Assembly: GCF_018977255.1 (NCBI RefSeq)
Contig: NW_024704742.1
Location: 61,630,001-61,694,000, forward strand
DNA from: Callorhinchus milii
Lineage: Eukaryota
Reading direction: 5' to 3'
Length of the DNA stretch: 64,000 bases
Every line of letters starts with the position of its first letter. Positions within the stretch are counted from its first letter, which is position 1. The translations under genes and the position numbers were made by a program. Shown in pieces: positions 38,879 through 52,030 of the stretch. Under the pieces are notes generated by a model. The model saw nothing but the letters and a program-made list of their open reading frames with translations, was not told where the DNA came from and ran no database searches.

Positions 38879-39074
38879 TTAATTTCACAATTTTAAATTG
38901 TGTGTAATATGGAAAATTCTTTAATTCAGTCTTAATTTGGCTCTTTTTAGAACTCCAGAAAACTGTCTTCCTAATTAAGACAAAATTAAAGAATTTTCCA
39001 CTGTTTGCCCGATCTTGCATTTTGTGAGAAACGGTGTTATTGTGCTTATCTGGTACCCTTCATCAGTAGTACCC

Positions 39075-40690
39075 CACTTTCTCTGACTTCACTGCATTCC
39101 TCTCCACGTAAAATCTCACCCTCCATATAAATTCCCCGATCCATAACCGTGGCCATCCCTAGACCTTGTTATCACCCACGGCTTCGATATCTCCAGTCTG
39201 TCCATCATGGACAAGGCCATCTCAGAACATTTCCTCATCTCCCTCTCTTCTCGCATCCCTCTCCCCTCCACCAAGCCCTCCACCTTCCTTTTCCGCCCAT
39301 GGAAAGGCTTCCCTCCGAGACCCTCATAAATGCCCTCTCATCCTCAGATCTTCCATCCACAATGACTCTGATGCAGCCGTCAAGCTGCTCCATGATCACC
39401 TCTCCCCTACCTTCAACTCCCTTGTCCTCCTGAAATCCAGGATCGTCTCCAAACCCACCCGCTCCCCCTGGTACAACAGCCATCTCCCCTCCCTAAAATT
39501 ACAAACCGGGTTGCTCAAGCAGAGGTGGCAGAATCCCAGTTTCATGGTTCACCGCCAGCTGTGGCTCGAGCATCTTCACACCTACCACCACTCCCTATCG
39601 CATGTAAAAACTGCGGACTACTCAAACATCATATTGGAGGCCAACGATAAATCCCAAATCCTATTCTCCACCACCCACCACCTCCTCCGTGTGCCCCCCC
39701 CCAGCATCCTCAATCATCACATCAAATGCCAAGTGTGTCATGAACTTCCTTACCTCTAAAATAGAAAACATCCACCTGGCAGCCTAATCCTCCTACCTCG
39801 TGTTCCCTACCACCTCCTACCCACCTGCATTCGTCCTCCTTCACCCACAAACCCCCAGCTCCTACCATGGCCCCAATCCTACATTCCTTCCCCTCATCTT
39901 CTATCACCCTGATGAAACCACCTCCTGCTGCCTCGACTCCTTCCCCACCCAGCTGCTGATCATCCAGCTCCCCCTTCTCTGGCCACTGCTGGCAGGATTA
40001 GTTACACTCCCCCTCAAACCCATTGTCATCACCCTCCTTAAACAACTTACCCTCAATCCCTCCAACCTCAGGCACTGCCACCCCATCGCAAACCTGCCCT
40101 TCCTGGCCAAAGCTTAGGAACGGGTTGTTGGCAACCAGCTTCACACACACCTCTTCCTCCACTCCCTACTCAAACCCCTACTGTTCAGTTTCCATCCTGC
40201 CCACAGTATAGAGACAGCATTCGTGAAAGTCGTAAGCAATGTCCTCTCTATCTGCGACCGAGACTGCCTCTGCCGCCTCATCCTCCTGGACCTTTCCATT
40301 GAAGTCGACACAGTCGATTATACTATCCTCCTCCACTGTCTCTCCTCCATTATACACCTCAGTGGGACCACACACATTTGGTTCGAGTCCTATCTTACAA
40401 ACAGCAGCACTACATTTCCACAAATATTTTTTCTTCTCATCCCACCTGGTCACCTGCGGGGTACCCCAAGGCTCCATCCTTGGCTGCCTTCTATTCCTCA
40501 TCTATATGCTCGCTTGCGGTGATGTCATTCCCAGACACGGGGTATGTATGCGGATGACTCTCAACTCTACATCTCCTCCAGCTGTGACCCCCCCCAGTCC
40601 TCTGATGTTCTGTCAGCTTGTCAGCTTGTCTGACAGACATCAAGGCCTGGATGAGTGCAAATTTCTTGCAGTTAAACATCAACAAGACAG
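39075..40690 (+). mobile_element. Degenerate L2 ORF2 (end of APE to RT)
   Basis: LDLVIT, PWYN, PIANLPFLAK, TCGVPQGSILG, ADDSQLY. Confidence 0.85.
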
Positions 40691-42220
40691 AACAACAACA
40701 AATTACATTTGTATAGCGTCTTTCATGTCAGGAGGGCATCCTAAGACAGTGTTTCGGATCCAAGCTGGGGGTTGGGTTCGGGGCAGGTCAGGAAAGGAGG
40801 GTGACTGAAGACACAGTCGAAGAGGAGGGTCTTAAGATGGGTCTTGAAGGAGGCAAGGGAAAGGGCGAGGTGGAGGGACTGCGGAATGGAGGTCCAGGGG
40901 GTGGGGGCAGAGTGGCAGAAGGCCGGCATGCCAATGGTGGGGGAGCAAGGCAAGGAACGTGAAGCAGGCCAAAGCACGCTGAACGGAGGGAGCAGGCAGG
41001 GAGGTAGGGGCTTTGGAGGTCACAGAGGTAGGGGGATGTGAGGCCATGGAGGACTTTGAAGTTGAGGACCAGGTTCTTGAACTGTATCCACTGTGTGATG
41101 GGCAGCCAGTGGAGTTGGGCAAGGATGGGGGTGATAGGGTCACGGAGCCTGGTGCAGGAGAGGACACAGGCTGCAGAGTTCTGGATGATCTGTAGCCTTT
41201 GGAGGGAGGAGTTGGGGAGGCCGACAAGCAATGAGTTTACATAGTCGAGCCTTGATATAATAAAAGCATGTATGAGGGTTTCGGCAGCCTGTGGTGTGAG
41301 ACAGTGGCGGAGCCGGGTGATTTTGCGGAGATGGGGGAAGGCAGAGCAAGTCAAGGGGCAGATGTGGGGTAGAAAGGATAGTTGAGCCCAAGGTTCCGGA
41401 CTGGCTTAGCAAGGTGGAGTGTGAAACCATGGATGGTGATGCTGTCAGTGCCTGAGGTGAAGAGGCGCTGACGGGAGACAATCAGGAGAGCCTCGTCTTG
41501 TTGTCGTTCAACTGAAGAAAGTCAGCTCTCATCGAGGACTTGATGTCCGACAGACATTCTGTCAGGACAGCAGTGGTCCTGGAGTCAAGGGTGGAGGCAG
41601 AGAGAAAGTGTTGGGTGTTATCCGCATACATGTGGAATTTGACCCCAGGTCTGCAGATGATGTCACCAAGAGGGAGCATATAGATGTTGAAAAGGAGGGG
41701 ACCAAGAACAGAGCCCTGAGGAACGCTGCACGAGATGTTGTGGGGGCTACAGGAGAAACCGTTTGTGGAGATGAAGTAGAGGCAGTGTGAGAGGTACAAT
41801 CTGAACCAGTCAAGGATAGAGCCATGAAGGTTGAGGTGAGAAGAGTGGCAGTGGATGAGGATAGAGTGGTCGACAATGTCGAAGGCAGCAGAGAGGTTAA
41901 GTAGGACGAGGAGGAAGAGGGATCCATGGTTATAGATGGACATAATGTCATTTGTCACTTTGACCAGGGCTGTTTCTGTGTGTGGTCGGAACGGAAACCT
42001 GATTGGAGTGGCTCGAGAGGGGAGTGGCGGGAGAAGAAGGAGCGAAGCTGAGAAGCAACAACTCATTCCAGGACCTTGGAGAGGAAAGGGAGGTTAGAGA
42101 TGGCGCGGTAGTTAAGGATTAGAGAGGGTTCCAAGAAGGGTTTTTTAAGGAGAGGAGTGAAGACAGCAGTTTTTAATGGGGTGGGAACAGTACCAGAGGA
42201 CAGGGAGAGGTTTATGATGT
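40691..42220 (-). mobile_element. Degenerate L2 RT to 3' tail
   Basis: [54 protein letters not shown]. Confidence 0.9.
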
Positions 42221-43000
42221 TTATAAGATAAGAGAACTTACATTTTAAAAAAAGTTTGGTTCACATTGGTCACACACCTACATATGCTTGAATAAGAAAT
42301 TAGTCACAAACCTTTATATGCTCATGTAAGGAGTTACTTAATGGCTCTGATTACATTCTGTGAACTGTTAAAGATAATGATTTTTTTTTAATTGAACGTC
42401 AGTGCTGCACTTACCGCATGTTCCAATGTAATCATTTCAGTACTTGGAAGCCAAAGAATATGTTGGGAGGGGTGTGTCTACTGCCTTGTAAGAAGCATAA
42501 TATCAACTGTTGAAGTCATTCCAAAATGTGACTCTACAGGAATAATATGTTTTGAAGTGAATGTGCCCTTTGACCTAAATAGCTTATTGAAATCCAACAT
42601 TTAAGCTGCAAAGCAGGAAAAGTTTCATAGCAAAATAAATCACATCAACTAGAAACAAGAATAAAACAGTTGGACAAGCTTTGCGATCATCTATTATTTT
42701 ACACAATGAATCACTTCAGGTTGCCTTCATATGGTTTAACGAGTACAGCGTATGTAACTTATGAATGCGGGTACAATTACTATGAGAATATATTACACTG
42801 TGGTTCAAAAACACATAACATATTGCAATTGGAAAAATTATAATAAAAAAGTAATAATCTTTTTCCTTCAGTTATCTTCCCCCTATCCCTGCCCTCATTT
42901 GCTCCCACCGCTCTCAAATTCAACCCCTACCTGCGGCGCAAACCCTCAACTGTCCAGCGCCTTGTTTGGGATATCTTCTTGCCGTGAAAAGTGCTATATA

Positions 43001-43449
43001 CAGTAGAATCCACTTTAGATGAAACCCGATTAACACCAGACACTGGATAAATTGAACAAAACGCCCAGCCCTGATTTATTTGTATTCATACCTGTTTTAA
43101 ATATGCTGGTTGATTCTGACAAAAATACAATTAATTCAGCCAAAATGGTCATTGGTTGCCACTGAAAGTCCTCACTCGTGTGTGTCTCGAGTGGCTCCAT
43201 TCGGCTATGAACGGCTCAAGGATGGAGATACGAGGAGTCGAATTGTAATTGATTGATAGTGAACTGCAGTCATTCACAAGCAGCTGTCAATCACCTCGGA
43301 GTTGCCGCATATTGGTCCCCTTCCCGTCCATGGCACCGTCGATCATCTGCTGGGTGGGATGAGGTAATGATATTTCGGCTAACTTTGGACAACTCTTAAG
43401 CCGGACAAACACCCATCCCCGATCTGTCCAGCTTAAACGGCTATCACTG
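43001..43449. mobile_element. Tc1/mariner (pogo/Tigger-like) non-autonomous DNA transposon
   Basis: TA|CAGTAGAATCC ... ggctatCACTG|TA, with imperfect terminal inverted repeats, TA flanks and elevated CpG. Confidence 0.5.
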
Positions 43450-43479
43450 TACACTAATACAATGTATAAAAATCCGAAT

Positions 43480-43800
43480 TTGTTGTTGTAGTTAATATAG
43501 CACCTTATCACATCTAAGCCGCTCAAAGCATCTCACACAGTTTCCATAAGGTGTAGTGATTATGTATCTGTAGGCAAACGTGACAACCAATTTGGGCACA
43601 GCAATGTACATAAACATCTATGAAATCAGTGACCAAGTTGTGTTATCTGGGCGATTTTTGGTCCAGACATGTGAAGCAATAATTTCTCCTTTTCTACAGT
43701 GCCAAAGGATCTTTACAGTTTACTTGAATAGGTTGATGGGACCTTGGTTTAATATCTCATCTGAAGGATGGCATATCTGAAAAAAGCAGTGCTTCCCTGC
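43480..43800 (-). mobile_element. DeuSINE-type fragment
   Basis: Reverse complement has gccatccttcagatgagatattaaaccaaggtcccatc...gtaaagatcctttggcact. Confidence 0.6.
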
Positions 43801-44074
43801 AGCAGCCTAATGAGTTTAAAGTTTGGAAAGTCACATAACTTTTAGAAAAGTTGGTTAACTATCTCTTTTTAAATCCAGACCAATGATGGGTCCCTCATAG
43901 AATGATGTCTTTTGGAAACTATTAAACATTTAAGCAGCTTTCGATCCCACATCACAGTCCTTACAAAATGTGGTTTTCTGGGTGACCATTTAGCTGCAAA
44001 TGGTCCAGGCACCAGATTGGATTGTTACTCTAGTAACCAGATTTTTTCTTCATTTAATTCCTTTTTAAGGTGTT

Positions 44075-44410
44075 ATCTTGCCTTAGTTGGCAGAACTCTC
44101 GCCTCTGGGTCAAAAGATTGTAGGTTCACGCCTTGTCGTGACATGAACTGAAACAGTCTGGGCGGACACTCCAATACAGTGCTCAGGGTTAGGGTTGTTG
44201 TCCTATCTCCCATAGCACTACTCGAAAAGAAAAGGGAGTTTCTCCCTCTCAGTGACCTGGCTAACAATCTCCCAAATAAAATTGGTCATTTGTTTCATGG
44301 CTGTTTGTGAGACATTGCTGTGCGCAATTGGGCCACTGTGTTCTCCTGCAAATACAGAGTTCACAGTAAATCCTGTAAAGCACTTTGAGACGTCCTCCTG
44401 ATGTGAAATG
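44075..44410 (+). mobile_element. DeuSINE-type copy with an internal deletion
   Basis: ttagttggcagaactctcgcctctgggtcaaaagattgtaggttca...cccatagcactactcgaaaagaaaagggagtt. Confidence 0.65.
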
Positions 44411-45188
44411 TAACAGCTACATTTACTTCCTATGCTTGTTTTCTTTCTGATTTGAAAGGATGGAAAGCTGTCATCAGTTAAGTGTACGCATCCGCGAGGG
44501 GGAGGGCGGGGAGGCTATTATTGCAGTCTTGTTTATAAAGGGATTTCCTTACTTACTTTGCCCGCAAATATACAGTCAATTCACTTTACAGTATATTCCA
44601 TAAAGCGCTTTGAGATATCTCGAAGATGTAATAATGCACTATATGAAATGCAAGGTAAACAGAGGCATGTAGAGTATAGAAACTTGCCTAAAGTTTCGCC
44701 CTGCTCGGAAATCGAATACGGGTCCTCTCGCTTGAGAGGCGAGTGCTCTAACCAATCCGCTACAGAACTCCACATGCACAAAAAACTACATTGCTGCCAC
44801 ATGCTCTTCACAAGTTGGACTATACTGTACTTGGACTTGGACTGTACTATCCAGAAGAGTGTGCCATATCTAATACTAGCTGGAATCATACCTCCTACAG
44901 GTGCAAAATGAACTAAGGAGTTAACCAGTAATTATTGTTGTCCACATTGTGGTTTGGGCAGCTGGTTACAACACCACATCACAAGTCTGTCAATACTAAA
45001 GGGATTCCATTCTCATTTATTTAAAGGTATGTTTGTTGCTTTCTTGCAGTGGGTATGTCTTTTGCTGTACGATTAGAAAAAATATAATGTAAACATCTAG
45101 ATCAAATTATTAATATCCGAAAACAGCTAATAAGAATTGTAGCTTGGAGCAGTGCAGCTTTGTAGCATGCAGCAATACAAGGGTTAGA

Positions 45189-45551
45189 CAATAATAATTC
45201 TTGCATTTGATAAAGTGCCTATCACATCTTCGAGATGCCTCAAGGCGCTTCACAGAATGTACTGTAAAATGAATTGACTGTATTTTGTGGGCGAAATATA
45301 GCAGTCAATTGCACACAGCAATGTCCCACAAACAATCGTGGATTGAGTGACCAAATTATTATTTATTAATTTATTTTTGAAGGGATTATTACCCCCGGAA
45401 AAGCAATCCGCCAATCGACTAACAACCGGTTTCCTACTTACTGCTAGATAAACAGAGGCTTGTGGAGTAAGGAAACTTGCCCAACATTTCGCCCTACTGG
45501 GTCCTCTCGCTTGCGAGGCGAGTGCTCTAACCACTAAGCTACAGAACTCCA
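45189..45551 (-). mobile_element. tRNA-Ala-headed SINE, full length
   Basis: Reverse complement tggagttctgtagcttagtggttagagcactcgcctcgcaagcgagagga... to the ATT tail. Confidence 0.9.
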
Positions 45552-45884
45552 AGTTAGCTCCCAATAGATGAATGGTAAACACAACCTGGTGAGTGCCTAT
45601 TACGGAGGTTGTGGTAAATTTGAAATGTGATTATTGAAGCCCAGACCCAGGAACAACAACAAATTACATTTGTATAGTGCCTTTTACAGAAACTTCAAGC
45701 AGCTGCAATTGCTGTTTGACATTGAAAACATATTACTTTCTTCAACTTTGTCTTCACCAGAGGGACCCAAACGTTATAGGGAAAATAGCAGTTTGTTTCA
45801 CTGTGTTTCCAGTCCTGTTCCACTGTATGACGCTGACGTCATAGTTTAGTTTTCAGGAGTGTGCGCGCGCAACAAAAAAAAACC

Positions 45885-46695
45885 TCTGCGCCCCCCCCAG
45901 GGCTCAGGGCCCACCATGGTCCTGTTGGGTTGGCTGCCCCAGCCCCATCCTACGGGATAATGCCATCAACCTGACCGCTCGCTCCCGGTCCCCGCGTGCG
46001 CACTATGGCTGCCGCTTTGACCCGAGCCCCCTCACCCCCTCTCTCCCTCGTCCCTCCTCTCTACCCCCAAATCCTCCCCCTTCTGCATCTCTCCCGCTCT
46101 GTCCTCCTCTCTCTCCGTCCCTCTCGCCTTCTATCCTCACTTGACCCTACCACAACCTGCCTCTGTTCCAGCCTGGGAATCCTCCGCCGGGCTCACCGTG
46201 GCACTCAACGTTGGCTGTCCAGCAGCAGCCACACCGACTGCCCCATTCCCCACCACACTCGCCAGCCACCCCGGACACAGACCTGGGGAGCCAACCTCTC
46301 CTCCCTTATCCCCATTTCCCCACCCCTGCCTCACAACCTGGACCCCCCTCCCCTCCCACACACCCTTCTGTTAACCGCTCCCTCCGCATTGGACTACAAA
46401 ACGTCCGCTCCCTCTGTAACAAGGCCCTGGTCATCAACGATCTCATCCTTGATGAGAACGTTGACATCATGGCCTTAACGGAAACCTGGCACACCCCAGG
46501 ACACCTTCCCCCTCACTGAGGCCACACCACCCGGCTACACCTCCCACCACATCCCTCGCCCCAACCGCCGTGGCGGTGGTGTAGCCCTTATCTCAAGGAC
46601 ACCACTTGCCCTATCCCCATACTCCTCTGGCTCTTTCCCCTCTTTTGAGCACCTCACCCTCTCCCACCCCTCCTTCCTCTCGCTCAAAATCCTTC
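45885..46695 (+). mobile_element. L2 5' region with start of ORF2 APE domain
   Basis: LRIGLQNVRSLCNKAL...DIMALTETW...RRGGGVALI. Confidence 0.85.
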
Positions 46696-48354
46696 CGCTT
46701 CCGCATTCGCCCATAAAATATAGTCATTCCACTTTTGCAGAATTTGTGCATTGAGATGTCCACTATATTTAGATTGAATATATGTATTATTAGTATTTAT
46801 TATTAATAATGCAATTTTGCCAATTTAAGTACTTGGATTCACAATATTAAGTAAATATTGGGCAGGTTCAATGTGCTTCTTTCTAATGCACTGGATTCTG
46901 CAGCACTGCATTGGCATCAGCTGTTAGATTGGAGCGGCACAATACTGCTTTGTAACTGATCATCTGGGCTCCCAAGGAAGCAGTGGAGTCCAATTGGAAT
47001 GCAATTCAGATGCTCAATTCCAAGCTTGTGCCATGTACTGTACTTTCTAAATTTGGTAGAATAGTTTTAAAAAAGACATAAGGGTTTCTTCATTTCAAGT
47101 GAAGTCACATATTCAAAAGCAGACCAATGCCAGATATCACGCAGAGCAATCACACCAGGAATGACGTGCTGACAGAAATTTAAAACAAACCCCATTCTTT
47201 TAATATCTAGCTCAAACAGAAACTACTAAAAAAACAACACAGAAATTGCATCCTGCTCCAATGCAACACAGACACAACCATTTATTCTCTCGGTTCCCAT
47301 AATTCTTTATTTATATGAAACAAAAAGCTCAACAGATAATGTTAATGATAAAATTTATTCCTGGCCAATAAAATAAATCTTCAGCCATTGGAAAATTAAA
47401 TTTAACTATAATATAATTAAAGAAAAAAACATACCAGAGGAATGCAGAATAAATGCAAGTTGTTGTTGTTATATCCATATCAATAATTTCAGATATACCA
47501 AAGGAGGAGAACAAGCGGACATAGATTCAGGATAGAAAAGAGTAATGCAACAGACTACAAGGATGGTTGAAGTCAAGACGAGGGACTCATTTATGAAACA
47601 GCTTGATGAGAGGATGAGATTAAATATTACCTATAAATAAATACCATTGCCTAACTTCATCTACAAATACACAGTCACTATGTTTGACTGGAAGTCCAAT
47701 AGCCTGTCAGAGCATCCAGAATGTGAGAAATTGTTGAATTCAGTCCTAACTTTAAGATTGAATTTCTGCAGATTTCACAGTAACGTATCGAAAATAAAAC
47801 TTCAACATTAAGAGTGAATTCAACAACTTGCTAAATTCTGGAGCTCTGAAATGTTAAGTAAATATAGTAATTCTGGATCCAGGTGGATTTCTCCCATGGA
47901 TACCTAAATTGGCCTTGGATCCCTGGGCTTAGAAACAGGAAAAACAGCTAAAGGGATTGAAAAAGAATTTAAACTAGAAAATTGCAGGATAAGTGCCTTG
48001 GTTCATCTCATGCAGGGAACCATGACCATGAGAACTGTGCACCAAGGTCATATCAGGTTGATATGGGATGTTAGTCATGAGGTTACAAATGTATATTTCT
48101 ATGCGAAAGAAAATCTGACACGCATGTGGAACTCCGCCAGTTTGGTTCAATAACAATCTTTATATTTTGACATATCTCTTCATCACAGGAATATCACAAC
48201 CCAACAACAACAATTTAAGTTTTCATACAGCACCTTCATGTCGGGAGGACGTCCCAAGGCGCTGGAATTTTGTTTGGACAGTTTTGGACAATCCTGGACA
48301 GTTTTTGATGTAACTGCCAGCAGCACAATAGAATTTCTGGCATTTGATCTAAAT

Positions 48355-48665
48355 ACATAGCTTGCCATTGTATTGCCATTGTATCTGTCTAGCAAGCTTT
48401 CCCACTGCTTGTTTAACTAGGATCACCCAGACCATTAGGGCTTAAATTAGAGATTGCAGGGTTAACAGGAGCTTAGTGGGAAGAGTCTCTGCCTCCAGTC
48501 TGCCACTCAAAGTCTTACCCATAAGCCAGGTTGCCTGGTCTGTCACCAGCAGTACCCTCGAGTACCTGCCTGGCTGAACGTGGACTGTTGAGGCTATCAC
48601 AGATGCAGGCCACTCTATTCCAACATTCCAAGCCTGTCACTTTCAAGGAGTCCCCACTTACCTCC
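48355..48665 (-). mobile_element. Unclassified ~600-bp repeat, 5'/middle part
   Basis: Matches the reverse complement of 54628-54950, including caaggag(t/a)ccccacttacctcc. Confidence 0.7.
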
Positions 48666-50829
48666 CTCCACACAAGGAGGAAACTTACCAAGTTCTGAGC
48701 CCTCACTAGATGGAAGGTATGTACCAGGAACTCCTTGCAAGCTTCCTGGTGAGCAGCAAATGCATGAGAGCATTGGTACCATCTTTCTGCCCATAGATCG
48801 GACACATATCCCGACCCATTGATTGATGGTCATAAGAAGGAGGCAGAAGCAAATAGATAAAGAATGGAAATTGCACTGTGTATTCTGTCTCTGCAAAACT
48901 CCCTCTTTATACACGTTAAAATGCATTGATAAACCAGAGAGACTTGATATCCCTAGTGCACAATGGAGAATTTACACAGTATGTGTAATGACCACAGCCA
49001 GTTCCGATTGGCAATGTTGTTTCCAAATGTTCCCCTATTTAATTTGGAAGACTGGCCATTTTTAATTCATACACATCGGGTTAACTTGTAATCATGTAAA
49101 TTCTTAGCGTGGCCATATTTAGAGTTTGGGAATGTTTTGAGAGTTGAATGCTTTTGGTGATAAATGAGGCCCATTCAAGTGCACAATGTTATCTGTTGAC
49201 TTTTTGCTTGCTTTGCTTGAGACTAATCTTGCTGCTCACACTGATAAGAACTTCCTGACACCCTCAAGATCCTGAGAGAGAAATTTGGGCCTCTTGAATG
49301 GTTTCTATTTTAACTCCTTTGTTGGCCACATTTGAGAATCCCTCATAAAAACAATTGCCATCACCCCTTCTGTATTTCTTTGCTAAGTCTTTGGTAGCAA
49401 TGTTTCCCAGCGGGCGTATCTGACCAATCCTAGCTACATTAGGAAAGGCAACATATATGCCCCATAGGCAGCTGCTGGCAGTTACATCAAAAACACTAGG
49501 AAACTGAAGTTGAGGGCATCATGAAATGGGCATGATGACGCTTTTGTCAGTAATGTAGTCTAATTTGCAGATTGTGGTTGTTATGAGTATTACTTATGGG
49601 GGAAATAAATTGGGTCTCCTTTAAGCTGAGCTGGCTCTAAGGTGATGTGCTTTGGGACGTCCTCCCGACGTGAAAAGCGCTATATCAAATGCAAGGATTA
49701 TTATTATTATTATTTGATAGAGTGGCAGGAGCAGAGAATTAATTATTTGATGACAATGTTTGCAAACTGCAAAGGATGTGTCAGACAACCTCATTTTATG
49801 AGCTGGGCAACTGACATGTGGAAACCCCCTTCCATCGTTAGAAGTCTCCAATTCCAGCCAATAAGAACTTAAAGAAGCAGAATTATTTTCATGAGTCATG
49901 GAATAAGATGACGCTGAGGGTGTGTTGATGTGTCAGAGGTGACGTCCTTCAGATGAAATGTTAAACCTAATTTCCCGTCTGCCTGTCTGGGGATGTTAAA
50001 GATTTCATGACACTGTGACAAGAAAAGGGTGTTTCTTCTGATGACCTTGTCAACTACTCTCCAGATAACATGGACTACGTTTGCCTATAGAAACAGTTAT
50101 CAGTTACTATACATATCAGCAATTATCCATGAAGTACTTTACGGAATATTTTGTTGCAATGTTTCCTATTTCACTGAGGCCACCAGAAAGAATTGACTCC
50201 AGCATATTGCTAGGAATATACTCGTACGAGATGTTTAACCAAAATCCCACGGCACTAATTGAAAAGAGAAGGGAGTTTCCCCCAGCCACCAATCCTCCAA
50301 ATAAAATTAGGCATCCACTTCATTCTGTTTGTGGGGTATTGCTGTTTGAATATTGGATGCCACATTCATCTACAAAAATACATAGTCACTCCACTTAACA
50401 GTATATCCTGTGAAACATTTTGAGTCGGCCTCCTGACTTAAAAGGCTCTACATTTTTTTTATCATTGATCAGCATGGAGCTAATTTAACTTCCAAAGAGA
50501 TTGTCACAAGTTGGTCATCAGACAATATCACAAGTGCAGGTTTGAGCTCTCACAAGATGGATAGTTGGTTCTGGGACTTTTTCTGACTAGTGTGGTGAAC
50601 AACACAGCTGTGACTAAAATGTGTGAGTGAATTGCCACCATCTTCGAGAATACAGGGAGGACAGCACCAGCTGGTGGGGAGACATCTCATCGGAAATTGC
50701 TGATAATTCTGCATACCAACACAGAGTAGCCACCCAATCCCAATACAAGAAATGTGCTTCTGACTCCAGCAGCTGTTATCCAAAGACTCAGAATTTTCTT
50801 GCCAGTTCTTTCACAATTGTCCACCGGGG

Positions 50830-51650
50830 GATGTGAAGCAGGCCGGAACGCACTGAGCAGAGGGAGCGGCAAGATGGTAGAGGTTAGGAGGTCACAGAGG
50901 TAGGGAGGAGCAAGACCATGGAGGGCTTTGAAGGTGAGGACCAAGATCTTGAACTGTATCCTCTGTGTGATGGGAAGCCAGTTGTGTCGGGCGAGGATGG
51001 GGTGATAAGGTCCCGGAGCCTGGTGCGAGAGAGGACACGGGCTGCAGATTTCTGGATGACCTGTAGCCTACGGAGGGAGAAGTTGGAGAGGCCGACAAGC
51101 AGGGAATTTGCATAATTAAGGCTTGGCGGCCTGCGGTGTGAGACATTGAGGGAGCCGGGCGATATTGCGGAGGTGGGGGAAGGCAGAGCAGGTCACGGCG
51201 CAGATGTCTGGTAGAAAGGATAGTTGAGGATCAAACTAGACCCCAAGGTTCTGGACTGGCTTAGTGAGGTGGAGTGTGCAACCATGGATGAGGTGAGGAG
51301 GCACTGACGGGAGTCAATCAGGAGAGCCTCGGTCTTGTTGACGTTCAACTGTAGATAATTAGCTCTCATCCAGGAGTTAATGTACGACAGACACTCTGTC
51401 AGGACAGCAGTAGTCCTGGAGTCCAGGGTGGAGGCAGAGAGGTAGAGTTGGGTGTCAACCACATACACGTGGAAGTTGACCCATATCTGCGGATGATGTC
51501 ACCAATATCAATATCAATAAAGATATCGAAGAGGAGAAGGCCAAGGACAGAGTCCTCAGGAGCTCCGCACGAGACGGCGCAGGGGCTGGAGGAAAAGCCG
51601 TTTCTGGAGATGAAGGGGAGGCGGTGTGAGATACGATCCGAACCAAACGT
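50830..51650 (-). mobile_element. Degenerate L2 RT/C-terminal fragment
   Basis: DTQLYLSASTLDSRTT...[23 protein letters not shown]. Confidence 0.85.
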
Positions 51651-51801
51651 GGCTCTTTGTTGGTTGCACGGGACAGATTATTAATAACTGTAAAATAAAC
51701 GAAGCAATCCTGTTCTCGAGTGAGCAGATACAAGATAACACGAAACCAATGTTAAGAGATACAGCGTGCAGCAGAGTGGCAGTAGCTGCAGGGCATTGGT
51801 T

Positions 51802-51970
51802 CACGTGTGCATGTGCGTGTGTGTGTGTGTGTGCATGTGCGTGTGTGTGTGTGCATGTGCGTGTGTGTGTGTGTGCATGTGCGTGTGTGTGTGTGTGCGT
51901 GTGCGTGTGTGCATGTGCGTGTGTGTGTGCATGTGCGTGTGTGTGTGCATGTGTGTGTGTGTGTGTGCAT
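51802..51970. repeat. (TG)n/(GCAT/GCGT) compound microsatellite with strict purine-pyrimidine alternation
   Basis: Read directly from the sequence; about 169 bp. Confidence 0.95.
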
Positions 51971-52018
51971 TAAAACCTGGCAAGTGTCCAGACAGTCACT
52001 TACCTTGACAGCAAACCA

Positions 52019-52030
52019 TGACGTCGCAAT
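52019..52030 (+). promoter_or_regulatory. CRE-like site (TGACGTCG) abutting GCAAT, in the putative hpgd promoter
   Basis: tgacgtcgcaat about 660 bp upstream of the hpgd ATG, in CpG-retaining sequence. Motif match only. Confidence 0.35.

Noticed and set aside
45490..45551. tRNA-Ala(CGC)-like sequences (also 7621, 11773, 13253, 38643, 44700, 57760, 60540)
   Set aside because: Each continues into the same SINE body with variable decay; these are SINE heads, not tRNA genes.
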